A stretch of 57,540 nt of DNA. It comes from Burkholderiales bacterium 68-10. GTDB taxonomy: Bacteria > Pseudomonadota > Gammaproteobacteria > Burkholderiales > Burkholderiaceae_C. The number at the start of each line of letters is the position of its first letter. The first letter of the stretch is position 1. The notes beneath the pieces are model-generated. The model made no database searches and was not told the DNA's origin. It saw nothing but the letters and a program-made list of their open reading frames with translations. Where the stretch lies: positions 1 to 57,540 of the forward strand of contig MKTG01000048.1 in the NCBI GenBank assembly GCA_001897615.1. The letters run 5' to 3'. Positions 47,249 to 56,523 of the stretch are shown here, piece by piece. Position numbers and translations under genes: made by a program.

Positions 47249-47504
47249 GGCAGTGCCGGGCCGGGCGCCCGCGAAAAGGAGTGATTTCAGGCCCGGCAGT
47301 GTAGCCAGCCAGGCACCGGCGGCGGGCCGAAGGGTATCGCGCAAAACGCGCATCGCCCTGGGCCGTCCGCGTTGCCAGCGGTCGACACCCGTCATTAGTG
47401 TAAACCTTAGTAGTAACTATACAGGGATTTCGGTCCAATCCCTCCAGCCTCGTCACCTCGCTCCGACTCCGAGTCGGTACCCCACACCCCGGCCGCACCC
47501 GACC

Positions 47505-48320
47505 ATGTCCATACACTCCATTGCCCTGGCCATCGCCCTGACCCTGGGCGTCACCAGCGCCCAGGCGCGCGATCTGGTGCTGGGCATCAGTGAAGGCACC
47601 TCGGGCGGCACCGACCATGCCCGCGTGGTGCAGAAGTACGGCGGCCTGGCCGAGGCCATCGGCAAAGCCATCAAGGCCGACGTCAAGGTGGTCTTCGTGC
47701 GCGAGTTCGCGCAGCTGGAAGACGGCATGAAGAGCAGCCGGCTCGACCTGGTGCTGGCGCGCCCCAGCGACTACCCGGCGCGCGGCCTGCGCGACTACGG
47801 CTACCGCTATGTGGCCTCCGTGAAGCCCGAAGGGCAGTGCCTGATCGTCGTGCCCAAGGACTCGCCGATCAGGCAGCTGGCGGACCTCAAGGGCAAGAAG
47901 ATCGTCATGCCCGAAAAAGTCGCCTACATGACCAAGTTCTGTCGCGCCGAACTGCGCCAGCACGGCATCGACCTCGACAAGGAGGCCGTGACCCACGTGC
48001 GCGAACAGGAAGCGGTGGTGTTCTATATCAACAACGGCTTCGGCCAGGCGGGCGGTCTGGCGTCCTACTCGGGGGCGGCGCGCAAATGGCTGAAGGACGG
48101 CGGCACGGTGCTGCACCGCAGCGTGCCGCAGCCGTATTCGCCGCTGATTGCGTCCAGAACGCTCAGCGCGGCCGACGTGGCTGCCGTGCAGAAGGCGGTG
48201 CGCGAACTGTCCGACAGCGCCGAGGGTCAGACCGTGCTCAAGACCATCGGCATGCCCGAGGGTTTCGACACCGGCACCGAGGACAAGCTGCGGGGCCTGC
48301 TCAAATTCCTGGGCGAGTGA
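47505..48320 (+). CDS. PhnD-like (phosphonate/phosphite-type fold) periplasmic substrate-binding protein, orphan
   Basis: Signal peptide MSIHSIALAIALTLGVTSAQA. The mature sequence LVLGISEGTSGG…KGKKIVMPEKVAYMTKF… resembles PhnD/type-2 periplasmic binding-protein folds. No adjacent permease or ATPase gene. Confidence 0.75.
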   Translation: MSIHSIALAIALTLGVTSAQARDLVLGISEGTSGGTDHARVVQKYGGLAEAIGKAIKADVKVVFVREFAQLEDGMKSSRLDLVLARPSDYPARGLRDYGYRYVASVKPEGQCLIVVPKDSPIRQLADLKGKKIVMPEKVAYMTKFCRAELRQHGIDLDKEAVTHVREQEAVVFYINNGFGQAGGLASYSGAARKWLKDGGTVLHRSVPQPYSPLIASRTLSAADVAAVQKAVRELSDSAEGQTVLKTIGMPEGFDTGTEDKLRGLLKFLGE

Positions 48321-48341
48321 GCGGCGGGCCGCCGCCGGCCT

Positions 48342-49331
48342 TCAGCGGCGCCGCGCGCGCGGGTGTGCCGCGTCATAGGCCTGGGCCAGGTGCTGAAAGT
48401 CCAGCCGCGTGTAGATCTGCGTGGTGCCGATGCTGGCGTGGCCCAGCAGCTCCTGCACCGCGCGCAGATCGCCGCTGGATTGCAGCACGTGGCTGGCAAA
48501 CGAATGGCGCAGCATGTGCGGGTGCACCGGCGTGGCCAACCCGGCCTGCAGGCTGCGCCGGCGCAGGCGTTGCCAGACCGACTGCGCCGTCAGGCGAGTG
48601 CCGCGCCGGCCGATGAACAGGGCCTGCGCGGCGTCCCCGGTGTCGCCATCGGCCGGCGCCACCGCCTGGCCGCGCAGCGCCAACCAGTGCCGCAAGGCGT
48701 CCACGGCCGAGCGCCCCAGCGGCACGGCGCGCCGCTTGCCGCCCTTGCCCTGCACCTGCGCCTCGGCGGCGTCCAGGTCGATCCAGCCGCGGCCGGCCCG
48801 CTCGGCGGCGGCGCTGGGCGCGACGTCCAGGCCGGTCAGCTCGCCCACGCGCAGGCCGCTGCCGTACAGCAGCTCGACCAGGGCGGCATCGCGCGCGTCC
48901 AGCCAGGGGTCGCCAGCTTCGTCGACATGCTCGGCCAGTTGCACCGCCTCGTCCACGCCCAGCGCCTTGGGTAACGGGCGCGGCTGGCGCGGGGCGCGAA
49001 TGCCCTGCACCGGATTGGCGGCGATCAGCCCTTCGCGCCCCAGCCAGGCGTAGAAGCCGCGCCAGCCCGACAGGATCAGCGCGATGCCGCGGCCACTGCG
49101 GCCACCAGCGTGCATGCGCGCCACCCAGGCCCGCACGTGGTGCGGCTGCACCGCCGGCAGCGCCACACCGGCCTGCACGGCCAGCTGGGCCAGCTTGTCC
49201 AGGTCCAGCCGGTACAGCGTGAGCGTGCGCGCGGCCAGGCGCTTTTGCACGCGGGCGTGCGCCAGATAGCGCTCGACCAGCGCGGCGTCGGCGGCGGCAG
49301 GGGATTGGGATGACATGGCAGATGACGGCAT
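48342..49331 (-). CDS. xerC: Tyrosine recombinase XerC
   Basis: Core-binding domain (ERYLAHARVQKRLAARTLTLYRLDL) and catalytic region LFIGRRGTRL…HMLRHSFASHVL…LLGHASIGTTQIYTRL. The start could alternatively be ATG 49316. Confidence 0.9.
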   Translation of the reverse strand: MPSSAMSSQSPAAADAALVERYLAHARVQKRLAARTLTLYRLDLDKLAQLAVQAGVALPAVQPHHVRAWVARMHAGGRSGRGIALILSGWRGFYAWLGREGLIAANPVQGIRAPRQPRPLPKALGVDEAVQLAEHVDEAGDPWLDARDAALVELLYGSGLRVGELTGLDVAPSAAAERAGRGWIDLDAAEAQVQGKGGKRRAVPLGRSAVDALRHWLALRGQAVAPADGDTGDAAQALFIGRRGTRLTAQSVWQRLRRRSLQAGLATPVHPHMLRHSFASHVLQSSGDLRAVQELLGHASIGTTQIYTRLDFQHLAQAYDAAHPRARRR

Positions 49332-49396
49332 GCTATTTGAATGATAGCTTGTTGCGCAGATGGATCAAGCGCTGGGGCCGATTTTCTGGCTGATTC
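49332..49396 (-). repeat. Dispersed low-GC repeat, copy K (inverted orientation)
   Basis: The reverse complement reads GAATCAGCCAGAAAATCGGCCCCAGCGCTTGATCCATCTGCGCAACAAGCTATCATTCAAATAGC. It shares AATCAGCCAGAAA with copy A. Confidence 0.65.
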
Positions 49397-49475
49397 CGGC
49401 GCGGCGCCATCCCACCGCACCGCCCGCCGCAGCGCCGCACCCGGCGCAGCGGCGGCCACTGCTAGCATCGCGGCC

Positions 49476-50060
49476 ATGACCGCCCACGACGACCGCGTCA
49501 CCGACGTGCAGCCCAAGCGCGAGACCGCGCGCGCGCCGACGGCGCCGCCCGAGCCGGCCAGCGCCCGGCGCGCCGACGCCCGCTTCATGGGCGCGCACCC
49601 GGCGCACTGGCTGGCACTGGGCTTCGGCAGCGGCCTGTCGCCCGTGGCCCCCGGCACGGCGGGCACGCTGTGGGCCTGGCTGGCCTGGTGGGCGCTGGGT
49701 CTGTGGCTGACGCCCGCGCAACTGGGCTGGCTGCTGGTCGCCGCGCTGCCGCTGGCCTGGTGGGCTGGCACCGTCACCGCGCGCCACCTGCGCACAGCCG
49801 ACCCGAGCGCGATCGTGATCGACGAGGTGGTGGCCTTCTGGCTGGTGCTGTGGCTGCTGCTGCCGGCCGGCTTCTGGGCCCAGGCGGTGGCGTTCGCGCT
49901 GTTTCGCTTCTTCGACGCCATCAAGCCCGGGCCGGTGGGCTGGGCCGATCGCCTGCTGCACGGCCGCGGCGGCTGGGCGGGCGGCTTTGGCATCCTGCTG
50001 GACGACCTGGTGGCCGCCTTCTGCACCTTGCTGGTGATCGCGCTGTGGCGCGCGGGGTGA
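49476..50060 (+). CDS. pgpA: Phosphatidylglycerophosphatase A
   Basis: LALGFGSGLSPVAPGTAGTLWAW…IVIDEVVAFW…FRFFDAIKPGPVGWADR. I set the start at ATG 49476. Confidence 0.85.
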   Translation: MTAHDDRVTDVQPKRETARAPTAPPEPASARRADARFMGAHPAHWLALGFGSGLSPVAPGTAGTLWAWLAWWALGLWLTPAQLGWLLVAALPLAWWAGTVTARHLRTADPSAIVIDEVVAFWLVLWLLLPAGFWAQAVAFALFRFFDAIKPGPVGWADRLLHGRGGWAGGFGILLDDLVAAFCTLLVIALWRAG

Positions 50061-50066
50061 CGCCGA

Positions 50067-50600
50067 ATGCTCCCAAAACAAGAGCTGCCGGCGTTTGCCA
50101 CACCTGCGCAACAGACCAAAATCATTCATGAGATCGCAGCGCTGCTGACCGGCCGTGGCTGGCTGCTAGCCAGCGCCGAGAGCTGCACCGGCGGCCTGGT
50201 CGCCGCCGCCTGCACCGACGTGGCGGGCTCGTCGCTGTGGTTCGAGCGCGGCCTCGTCTGCTACAGCAACGCCGCCAAGACCGAGCTGCTGGGCGTGCCC
50301 GCCGCGCTGATCGAACGGCACGGCGCCGTCAGCGACGCGGTGGTGCGCGCCATGGCCGAGGGCGCCCTGGCCCACTCACGGGCGCAGGTGAGCCTGGCCG
50401 TCACCGGCATCGCCGGGCCCGCCGGTGGCAGCGCCGACAAGCCGGTGGGCACCGTGTGGTTCGGCTGGTGCGTGGCCGGACAGACCGAGGCGCAGCGCTG
50501 CCGCTTCGACGGCGACCGCAGCGCGGTGCGCGCCCAGGCCACGCTGCATGCCTTGCGCGAGCTGGCGCGCCGCCTGGCGGCGCCGCCTGCCCTCACTTGA
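50067..50600 (+). CDS. CinA C-terminal domain / nicotinamide-nucleotide amidohydrolase PncC-like
   Basis: LASAESCTGGLVAAACTDVAGSS…GVPAALIERHGAVSDAVV…VTGIAGPAGGSADKPVGTVWFGW. Confidence 0.85.
   Translation: MLPKQELPAFATPAQQTKIIHEIAALLTGRGWLLASAESCTGGLVAAACTDVAGSSLWFERGLVCYSNAAKTELLGVPAALIERHGAVSDAVVRAMAEGALAHSRAQVSLAVTGIAGPAGGSADKPVGTVWFGWCVAGQTEAQRCRFDGDRSAVRAQATLHALRELARRLAAPPALT
50072..50127 (+). repeat. Possible degenerate copy L of the dispersed repeat (inside the 5' end of the cinA-like CDS)
   Basis: CCCAAAACAAGAGCTGCCGGCGTTTGCCACACCTGCGCAACAGACCAAAATCATTC. The resemblance to copies C and D is only partial. Confidence 0.3.
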
Positions 50601-52173
50601 CGCTGATCAGCCGCCAGTCGAGCCGGTTGTCGGCGCGGTGCACCACCTCGATGTTCTTCTTCATCGCCCAGGGGATCACCTGGTTGTGCAGCGGCAGGTG
50701 GCTCACGTCCTGGTGCTCCAGGATGAGCGCCTGCTCGATCAGCTCGGCGCGGCGCTTCTGGTCGACCTCGACCTTGACGCGCTCGACCAGGGCGTCCATC
50801 TGCGGGTTGGAATAGCGGCCCACGTTGTAGTTGCCGTCGCCGCCGGCGCCCACGCTGCGCACCAGCGATTGCAGGCTGTACAGCGCGTCGAAGGTGGGCA
50901 CGCCCCAGCCCAGCATGTAGATGCTGGCCTCGTGGCGCTGAACCATCGGGAAGTAGCTGACCAGCGGCATGGTGCGCAGCTTGGCCTTGACGCCCACCTT
51001 GGACCACATCGCCGCCACCGCCTGGCAGATGCGCTCGTCGGCGATATAGCGGTTGTTGGGGCAGGCGAAATCGACCTCGAAGCCGTCCTTGTAGCCGGCG
51101 TCGGCCAGCAGCTTTTGCGCAGCCGCCATGTCATAGGGGTAACGCTGGTCGGCGCGCTTGGTGTAGCCGCTCACCTGGGGCGCGATCAGGGTGCCGGTGT
51201 TCTGGCTCAGGCCGCGCATCACCACCTTGTGGATGGCGTTGATGTCGATCGCCTGATAGAGCGCCTGTCGCACCCGCTGGTCCTTCAGCGGGTTCTTGCC
51301 CTTGATGTTGGAGCCCGGCAGCTCGTCGCGATGCTGGTCCATGCCGAAGAAAATGGTGCGGTTCTCCGGGCCCTGCACCACCTTGAGCGCCGCATTGCGC
51401 TGCACGCGCTCCAGGTCCTGCGGCGTCGGGTCGAGCACGAAATCCACTTCGCCCGACAGCAGCGCGGCCATGCGCGTGGCCTCGGACTTGATCGGGGTGT
51501 AGACGACCTCGGTCACGTTGCCAGGCTTGGCCTTGGCGCCATGGCCCCACCACTGGGGGTTGTCCACCATCACCAGCTTCTGGTCGGGCTGCCACTCCTT
51601 GACCATGAAGGGGCCGGTGCCCATGGCATTGCGGTGGGCAAAGCTTTCGTCCTTGGTCTTGATGTCCTTGGGCTCGACCGACTTGTTCTTCTCGGCCCAG
51701 GCGCGGCTCATGACGCGCAGCTCGGTCAGCTGGTTGAGCAGCACCGGGTTGGGCGCCTTGGTGAAGACGTCGACCGTGTTCGACCCCGCCACCACCTTGT
51801 CGATACCCTGCGTGTACACGCTGTAGTTGGAGGTCTTGGCCATGGCGCGCTCGATGGAGAACTTGACGTCCTCGGCGGTCATGGCGCTGCCGTCGCTGAA
51901 CTTGACGCCCGGACGCAGCGTGAACTGCATCTGCGTGGGGCTGTCCTGCTTCCAGGCAGTGGCCAGCATGGGCTCGATCTTGAAGGTCTTGCTGTTGTAG
52001 TAGACCAGCGATTCATACACCGCCGCGTGCACGCCGTTGCCCAGCGCGTTGTTCTGCGAATGGATGTCCAGCGTGGGAATGTCGCTGGCGCTGGTCCATT
52101 TGAAGGTCTTGGCGTTCGCGCCAAGCATGCAGCAGGCCGCCAGCGCTGCGACGGCAAGAGTATGGAGTTTCAT
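50593..52173 (-). CDS. ABC transporter substrate-binding protein, family 5 (peptide/nickel/opine type), orphan
   Basis: Signal peptide MKLHTLAVAALAACCMLGANA. 526 aa, with typical SBP_bac_5 length and pattern. No cognate permease or ATPase genes are adjacent. Confidence 0.85.
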   Translation of the reverse strand: MKLHTLAVAALAACCMLGANAKTFKWTSASDIPTLDIHSQNNALGNGVHAAVYESLVYYNSKTFKIEPMLATAWKQDSPTQMQFTLRPGVKFSDGSAMTAEDVKFSIERAMAKTSNYSVYTQGIDKVVAGSNTVDVFTKAPNPVLLNQLTELRVMSRAWAEKNKSVEPKDIKTKDESFAHRNAMGTGPFMVKEWQPDQKLVMVDNPQWWGHGAKAKPGNVTEVVYTPIKSEATRMAALLSGEVDFVLDPTPQDLERVQRNAALKVVQGPENRTIFFGMDQHRDELPGSNIKGKNPLKDQRVRQALYQAIDINAIHKVVMRGLSQNTGTLIAPQVSGYTKRADQRYPYDMAAAQKLLADAGYKDGFEVDFACPNNRYIADERICQAVAAMWSKVGVKAKLRTMPLVSYFPMVQRHEASIYMLGWGVPTFDALYSLQSLVRSVGAGGDGNYNVGRYSNPQMDALVERVKVEVDQKRRAELIEQALILEHQDVSHLPLHNQVIPWAMKKNIEVVHRADNRLDWRLISVK

Positions 52174-52234
52174 GGTCGATATCCTCGATCGTGGTGAACA
52201 AAGCCGCGCAGTATGCAGCGCCGCACGCCAGGGC

Positions 52235-52259
52235 GTGTTCAGGGAAGTCCCTGAAACAC
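52235..52259. promoter_or_regulatory. Inverted repeat GTGTTCAGGG-aagt-CCCTGAAACAC in a divergent promoter region (candidate operator)
   Basis: 10/11 complementary arms. It lies between the family-5 binding-protein gene and the liv-type operon. Confidence 0.3.
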
Positions 52260-52371
52260 CGCCCGACGGCCCGCCAGCGCCGCGCCGCAGCGAGGAAAAC
52301 CCTAATCAGGCAGCGGGCACCCCACCCCCATAATGCCGCGTTCTCAGCATCTGGAAAAAGCAGTCGGACAC

Positions 52372-53148
52372 ATGAGTTCGGAGATCATTTTGGAAACCCG
52401 TGGACTGGTCAAGGAGTTCAAGGGCTTCGTGGCCGTCAACGACGTCAACCTCAAGGTGCAGCGCGGCACCATCCACGCGCTGATCGGTCCCAACGGGGCC
52501 GGCAAGACGACCTGCTTCAACCTGCTGACCAAGTTCCTGGAACCCACGCGCGGCCAGATCCTGTTCGACGGGCAGGACATCACGGCCGAAAAACCGGCCC
52601 AGATCGCGCGCCGCGGCGTGGTGCGCTCGTTCCAGATCTCGTCCACCTTCCCGCACATGAGCGTGCTGGAGAACGTTCGCGTGGCCCTGCAGCAGACGCT
52701 GGGCACCTCGTTTCATTTCTGGAAGCCGGAGCACACGCTGAACCAGCTCAACGATCGCTGCATGGAGCTGCTGGGCTTCGTCGGCCTGGCCGATTTCGCC
52801 CATCTGGAGGCGGTCGGCCTGCCCTACGGCCGCAAGCGCGCGCTGGAGATCGCCACCACGCTGGCGATGGATCCCAAGCTGATGCTGCTGGACGAGCCCA
52901 CCCAGGGCATGGGCCACGAGGACGTCGACATGGTCACCCAGTTGATCAAGAAGGTGGCCGCCAACCGCACGGTGCTGATGGTGGAACACAACATGAGCGT
53001 GGTGGGCAGCATCGCCGACCAGATCACCGTGCTGCAGTTCGGCCAGGTCATCGCCGAGGGGCCTTACGCCGAGGTGTCCCGCAATCCACAGGTGCTGGAG
53101 GCCTACATGGGCAGCGCCGACGAGGCCCTGCAGGGCGCGCATGGTTGA
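52372..53148 (+). CDS. livG: HAAT-family (LivG-type) ABC transporter ATP-binding protein
   Basis: Walker A GPNGAGKTT, signature-region LPYGRKRALEIA, Walker B LMLLDEPTQGM. I set the start at ATG 52372. Confidence 0.9.
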   Translation: MSSEIILETRGLVKEFKGFVAVNDVNLKVQRGTIHALIGPNGAGKTTCFNLLTKFLEPTRGQILFDGQDITAEKPAQIARRGVVRSFQISSTFPHMSVLENVRVALQQTLGTSFHFWKPEHTLNQLNDRCMELLGFVGLADFAHLEAVGLPYGRKRALEIATTLAMDPKLMLLDEPTQGMGHEDVDMVTQLIKKVAANRTVLMVEHNMSVVGSIADQITVLQFGQVIAEGPYAEVSRNPQVLEAYMGSADEALQGAHG

Positions 53149-53161
53149 AGGCAGTCACCTC

Positions 53162-53875
53162 ATGAACCACAACTCCACCCCCGCCATCGTCCTGAAGGAC
53201 GTCCACTCGTGGTATGGCGAATCGCACATCATGCACGGCGTCAACCTGGAAGTGATGCCGGGCGAGGTCGTCACCCTGCTCGGTCGCAATGGCGCCGGCC
53301 GCACCACCACCTTGCGCGCCATCATGGGGCTGGTGGGCAAGCGCACGGGCTCGATCCAGATCAACGGCGTGGAGACCGTCAAGCTGGCGCCGCACCACAT
53401 CGCCCGCCTGGGCCTGGGCTATTGCCCGGAGGAGCGCGGCATCATGACCTCGCTGACCTGCGAGGAAAACCTGATGCTGCCGCCCAAGGTGGCCGAAGGC
53501 GGCATGAGCGTGGAGGAAATCTACGCCATGTTCCCCAACCTGAAGTCCCGGCGCGGCAGCCCCGGCGGCCGGCTGTCCGGGGGCGAGCAGCAGATGCTGG
53601 CGGTGGCGCGCATCCTGCGCACCGGCGCCAAGGTGCTGCTGCTGGACGAAATCTCCGAAGGTCTGGCCCCCGTCATCGTGCAAGCGCTGGCGCGCATGAT
53701 CCGCGAGCTGCGCACGCGCGGCTTCACCGTGCTGATGGTGGAGCAGAACTTCCGCTTCGCCGCCCCGCTGGCCGATCGCTTCTACATCATGGAGCGCGGC
53801 CTGGTGCTGCGCGAGTTCAGCGCCGCCGAATTGCAGGACAACATGGACATGCTGCACCAGTATCTGGGCGTGTGA
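53162..53875 (+). CDS. livF: HAAT-family (LivF-type) ABC transporter ATP-binding protein
   Basis: Walker A GRNGAGRTT, signature LSGGEQQML, Walker B LLLLDEISEGL. I set the start at ATG 53162. Confidence 0.9.
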   Translation: MNHNSTPAIVLKDVHSWYGESHIMHGVNLEVMPGEVVTLLGRNGAGRTTTLRAIMGLVGKRTGSIQINGVETVKLAPHHIARLGLGYCPEERGIMTSLTCEENLMLPPKVAEGGMSVEEIYAMFPNLKSRRGSPGGRLSGGEQQMLAVARILRTGAKVLLLDEISEGLAPVIVQALARMIRELRTRGFTVLMVEQNFRFAAPLADRFYIMERGLVLREFSAAELQDNMDMLHQYLGV

Positions 53876-53981
53876 GCCGCGGTCGCCAGACATGCCGATC
53901 CGGCGCCCTCTCCGCGGCCACGATCGCCAGCCCTCGCCCCACCCCATCGGACGCCTTTCCCACATCCACAGGAGCATCGCC

Positions 53982-55199
53982 ATGAAACGCCAGACACTGT
54001 GCGCCTTGATCGCCGGCCTGGGCGCCGCGCTCGGAGGCGCCGCGCATGCGCAGATTTCCGGCGGCATGGTCAAGATCGGGGTGCTGAACGACATGGCAGG
54101 CCCCTATGCCGACCTGGCCGGCCCCGGATCGGTGGTGGCGGCCAGGATGGCGGTCGAGGACTACCTGAAGGCCACCAAGTCCAAACTGAAGATCGAGATC
54201 GTCACCGCCGACCACCAAAACAAGCCCGACGTCGGCTCCAGCATCGCCCGCAAGTGGTACGACTCCGACGGCGTCGACATGATCCTGGACGTGCCCACCT
54301 CGTCCGTGGCCCTGGCCGTCAACGAGGTTACCAAGGAAAAGAACAAGGTGATGGTCAACTCCACCGGCGGCACCGCCGACCTGACCGGCAAGGCCTGCAC
54401 CCCCAACACGGTGCACTGGACCTACGACACCTGGATGCTGGCGCACGGCACGGGCTCGGCCGTGGTCAAGCAGGGCGGCGACACCTGGTTCTTCCTGACC
54501 GCCGACTACGCCTTCGGCCATGCGCTGGAGCGTGACACCTCGGACGTGGTCAAGGCTTCCGGCGGCAAGGTGCTGGGCAGCGTAAAGGTGCCGCTGGGCA
54601 CCAGCGACTTCTCCTCCTTCCTGCTGCAGGCACAGTCGTCCAAGGCCAAGATCATTGGCCTGGCCAACGCCGGCAGCGACACCATCAACTCGATCAAGCA
54701 GGCGGCCGAGTTCGGCATCGTCAAGGGCGGACAGAAAATGGCCGGCCTGCTGGTGTTCCTCAGCGACATCCATGGCCTGGGCCTGCAGACGGCCCAGGGC
54801 CTGCAAGTCACCACCACGTTCTACTGGGACCTGAACGACGCCACCCGCGCCTGGTCCAAGCGCTTTGCCGCCGCCCACAACGGCCGCATGCCGACCATGG
54901 TGCAGGCAGGTGTCTATGCCGGGCTGCAACACTACCTGAAGGCCGTCGACGCCCTGCAGGCGGACAGCGACGGCGCCAAGGTGGTGGCCAAGATGAAGGA
55001 GCTGCCCACGGACGACCCACTGTTCGGCAAGGGCAGCATCCGCGTCGATGGCCGCAAGATCCACCCGGCCTACCTGGTCGAGGTCAAGAAGCCCGGCGAA
55101 TCCAAGTACGCCTACGACTACTACAAGGTGCTGCAGACCATTCCCGCCGACAAGGCGTTCCGCCCGCTGAACGAGGGCAATTGCCCGCTGGTGAGGTAG
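53982..55199 (+). CDS. HAAT-family periplasmic substrate-binding protein, paralog 1
   Basis: AGGAG Shine-Dalgarno upstream. Signal peptide MKRQTLCALIAGLGAALGGAAHA. Periplasmic-binding-protein type 1/6 pattern (VKIGVLNDMAGPYADLAG…). Confidence 0.9.
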   Translation: MKRQTLCALIAGLGAALGGAAHAQISGGMVKIGVLNDMAGPYADLAGPGSVVAARMAVEDYLKATKSKLKIEIVTADHQNKPDVGSSIARKWYDSDGVDMILDVPTSSVALAVNEVTKEKNKVMVNSTGGTADLTGKACTPNTVHWTYDTWMLAHGTGSAVVKQGGDTWFFLTADYAFGHALERDTSDVVKASGGKVLGSVKVPLGTSDFSSFLLQAQSSKAKIIGLANAGSDTINSIKQAAEFGIVKGGQKMAGLLVFLSDIHGLGLQTAQGLQVTTTFYWDLNDATRAWSKRFAAAHNGRMPTMVQAGVYAGLQHYLKAVDALQADSDGAKVVAKMKELPTDDPLFGKGSIRVDGRKIHPAYLVEVKKPGESKYAYDYYKVLQTIPADKAFRPLNEGNCPLVR

Positions 55200-55275
55200 T
55201 CACCCCATGCCACCCGGCGCCAAGCGCCATGTCATCCCTTTTTTGCCACTGTTTTTTCCACACGGAGGACTCTCG

Positions 55276-56496
55276 ATGAAACGCAACGCACTTTGGTCGC
55301 TGATGGCCGGCCTGGGTTTGCTGGCCGCCGCTTCGGCACAAGCCCAGATTTCGGGCAACGTCGTCAAGATCGGCGTCATGAACGACATGTCGGGCCTGTA
55401 CGCCGACATCGGCGGCCCGGGTTCGGTGGTCGCGGCCAAGATGGCCGTTGAGGACTACCTGAAGGCCACCAAGTCCTCGCTCAAGGTCGAGGTGGTGTCG
55501 GCCGACCACCAGAACAAACCGGACGTCGGCTCCAGCATCGCCCGCAAGTGGTATGAGACCGACGGCGTCGACATGATCGCCGACGTGCCCACCTCCTCCG
55601 TCGCCCTGGCCGTCAACCAGGTCACCAAGGACATGGGCAAGGCCTTCGTCAACACCGGAGCCGCCAGTTCCGACCTGACCGGCAAGGACTGCTCGCCCAA
55701 CACCGTGCACTGGCTGTACGACACCTGGATGCTGGCGCACGGCACCGGCAGCGCGGTGGTGAAGGCCGGCGGCGACAGCTGGTTCTTCCTAACCGCCGAC
55801 TACGCCTTCGGCCACGCCCTGGAGCGCGACACGTCGGAAGTCGTCAAGGCCGCTGGCGGCAAGGTGCTGGGCAGCGTCAAGGTGCCACTGGGCACAGCCG
55901 ACTTCTCGTCCTTCCTGCTGCAGGCGCAGTCGTCCAAGGCCAAGATCGTCGGCCTGGCCAACGCCGGTGGCGACACCATCAACTCGATCAAGCAGGCGGC
56001 CGAGTTCGGCATCGTCAAGGGTGGCCAGAAGCTGGCCGGTCTGCTGGTGTTCCTGCCCGACATCCACGGCCTGGGCCTGAACACCGCCCAGGGCCTGAAC
56101 ATCACCGAGGCCTTCTACTGGGACCTGAACGATGGCACGCGCGCCTGGAGCAAGCGCTTCGCGGCGTTGCATGGCGGCAAATACCCGTCGTCCGACCACG
56201 CCGGCGTCTACGCGGGCGTGCTGCACTACCTGAAGGCGGTGGACGCCGCCAAGACCGACGACGGTGCCAAGGTGGTCGCCAAGATGAAGGAGCTGCCCAC
56301 CGACGACACGCTGTTCGGCAAGGGCACGGTGCGCGCCGACGGTCGCAAGATCCACCCGGTGTACCTGTTCGAGGTCAAGAAACCCAGTGAGTCCAAGGCT
56401 CCCTACGACTACTACAAGGTGGTGCAGACCATCCCGGCCGAGCAGGCGTTCCGTCCCCTGAACGAAGGCAACTGCCCGCTGGTGACCAAGAAGTAA
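55276..56496 (+). CDS. HAAT-family periplasmic substrate-binding protein, paralog 2
   Basis: Signal peptide MKRNALWSLMAGLGLLAAASAQA. By eye it is roughly 75-80% identical to paralog 1 over the full length. Confidence 0.9.
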   Translation: MKRNALWSLMAGLGLLAAASAQAQISGNVVKIGVMNDMSGLYADIGGPGSVVAAKMAVEDYLKATKSSLKVEVVSADHQNKPDVGSSIARKWYETDGVDMIADVPTSSVALAVNQVTKDMGKAFVNTGAASSDLTGKDCSPNTVHWLYDTWMLAHGTGSAVVKAGGDSWFFLTADYAFGHALERDTSEVVKAAGGKVLGSVKVPLGTADFSSFLLQAQSSKAKIVGLANAGGDTINSIKQAAEFGIVKGGQKLAGLLVFLPDIHGLGLNTAQGLNITEAFYWDLNDGTRAWSKRFAALHGGKYPSSDHAGVYAGVLHYLKAVDAAKTDDGAKVVAKMKELPTDDTLFGKGTVRADGRKIHPVYLFEVKKPSESKAPYDYYKVVQTIPAEQAFRPLNEGNCPLVTKK

Positions 56497-56523
56497 GCGC
56501 GAGAGCCGCAAGGCATAGACACC

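Noticed and set aside
47393-47425. Zur box upstream of the COG0523 gene.
   Set aside because: The AT-rich island has only about 8/18 self-complementarity and no clear match to the Zur consensus as I remember it. It is reported as an open question, not as a feature.
48342-49331. Tyrosine recombinase as a possible integrase marking a genomic island or prophage.
   Set aside because: The sequence and length fit housekeeping XerC. The flanking genes (pgpA, cinA-like, binding proteins) are core functions. No att-like repeats, tRNA target or phage genes are nearby.
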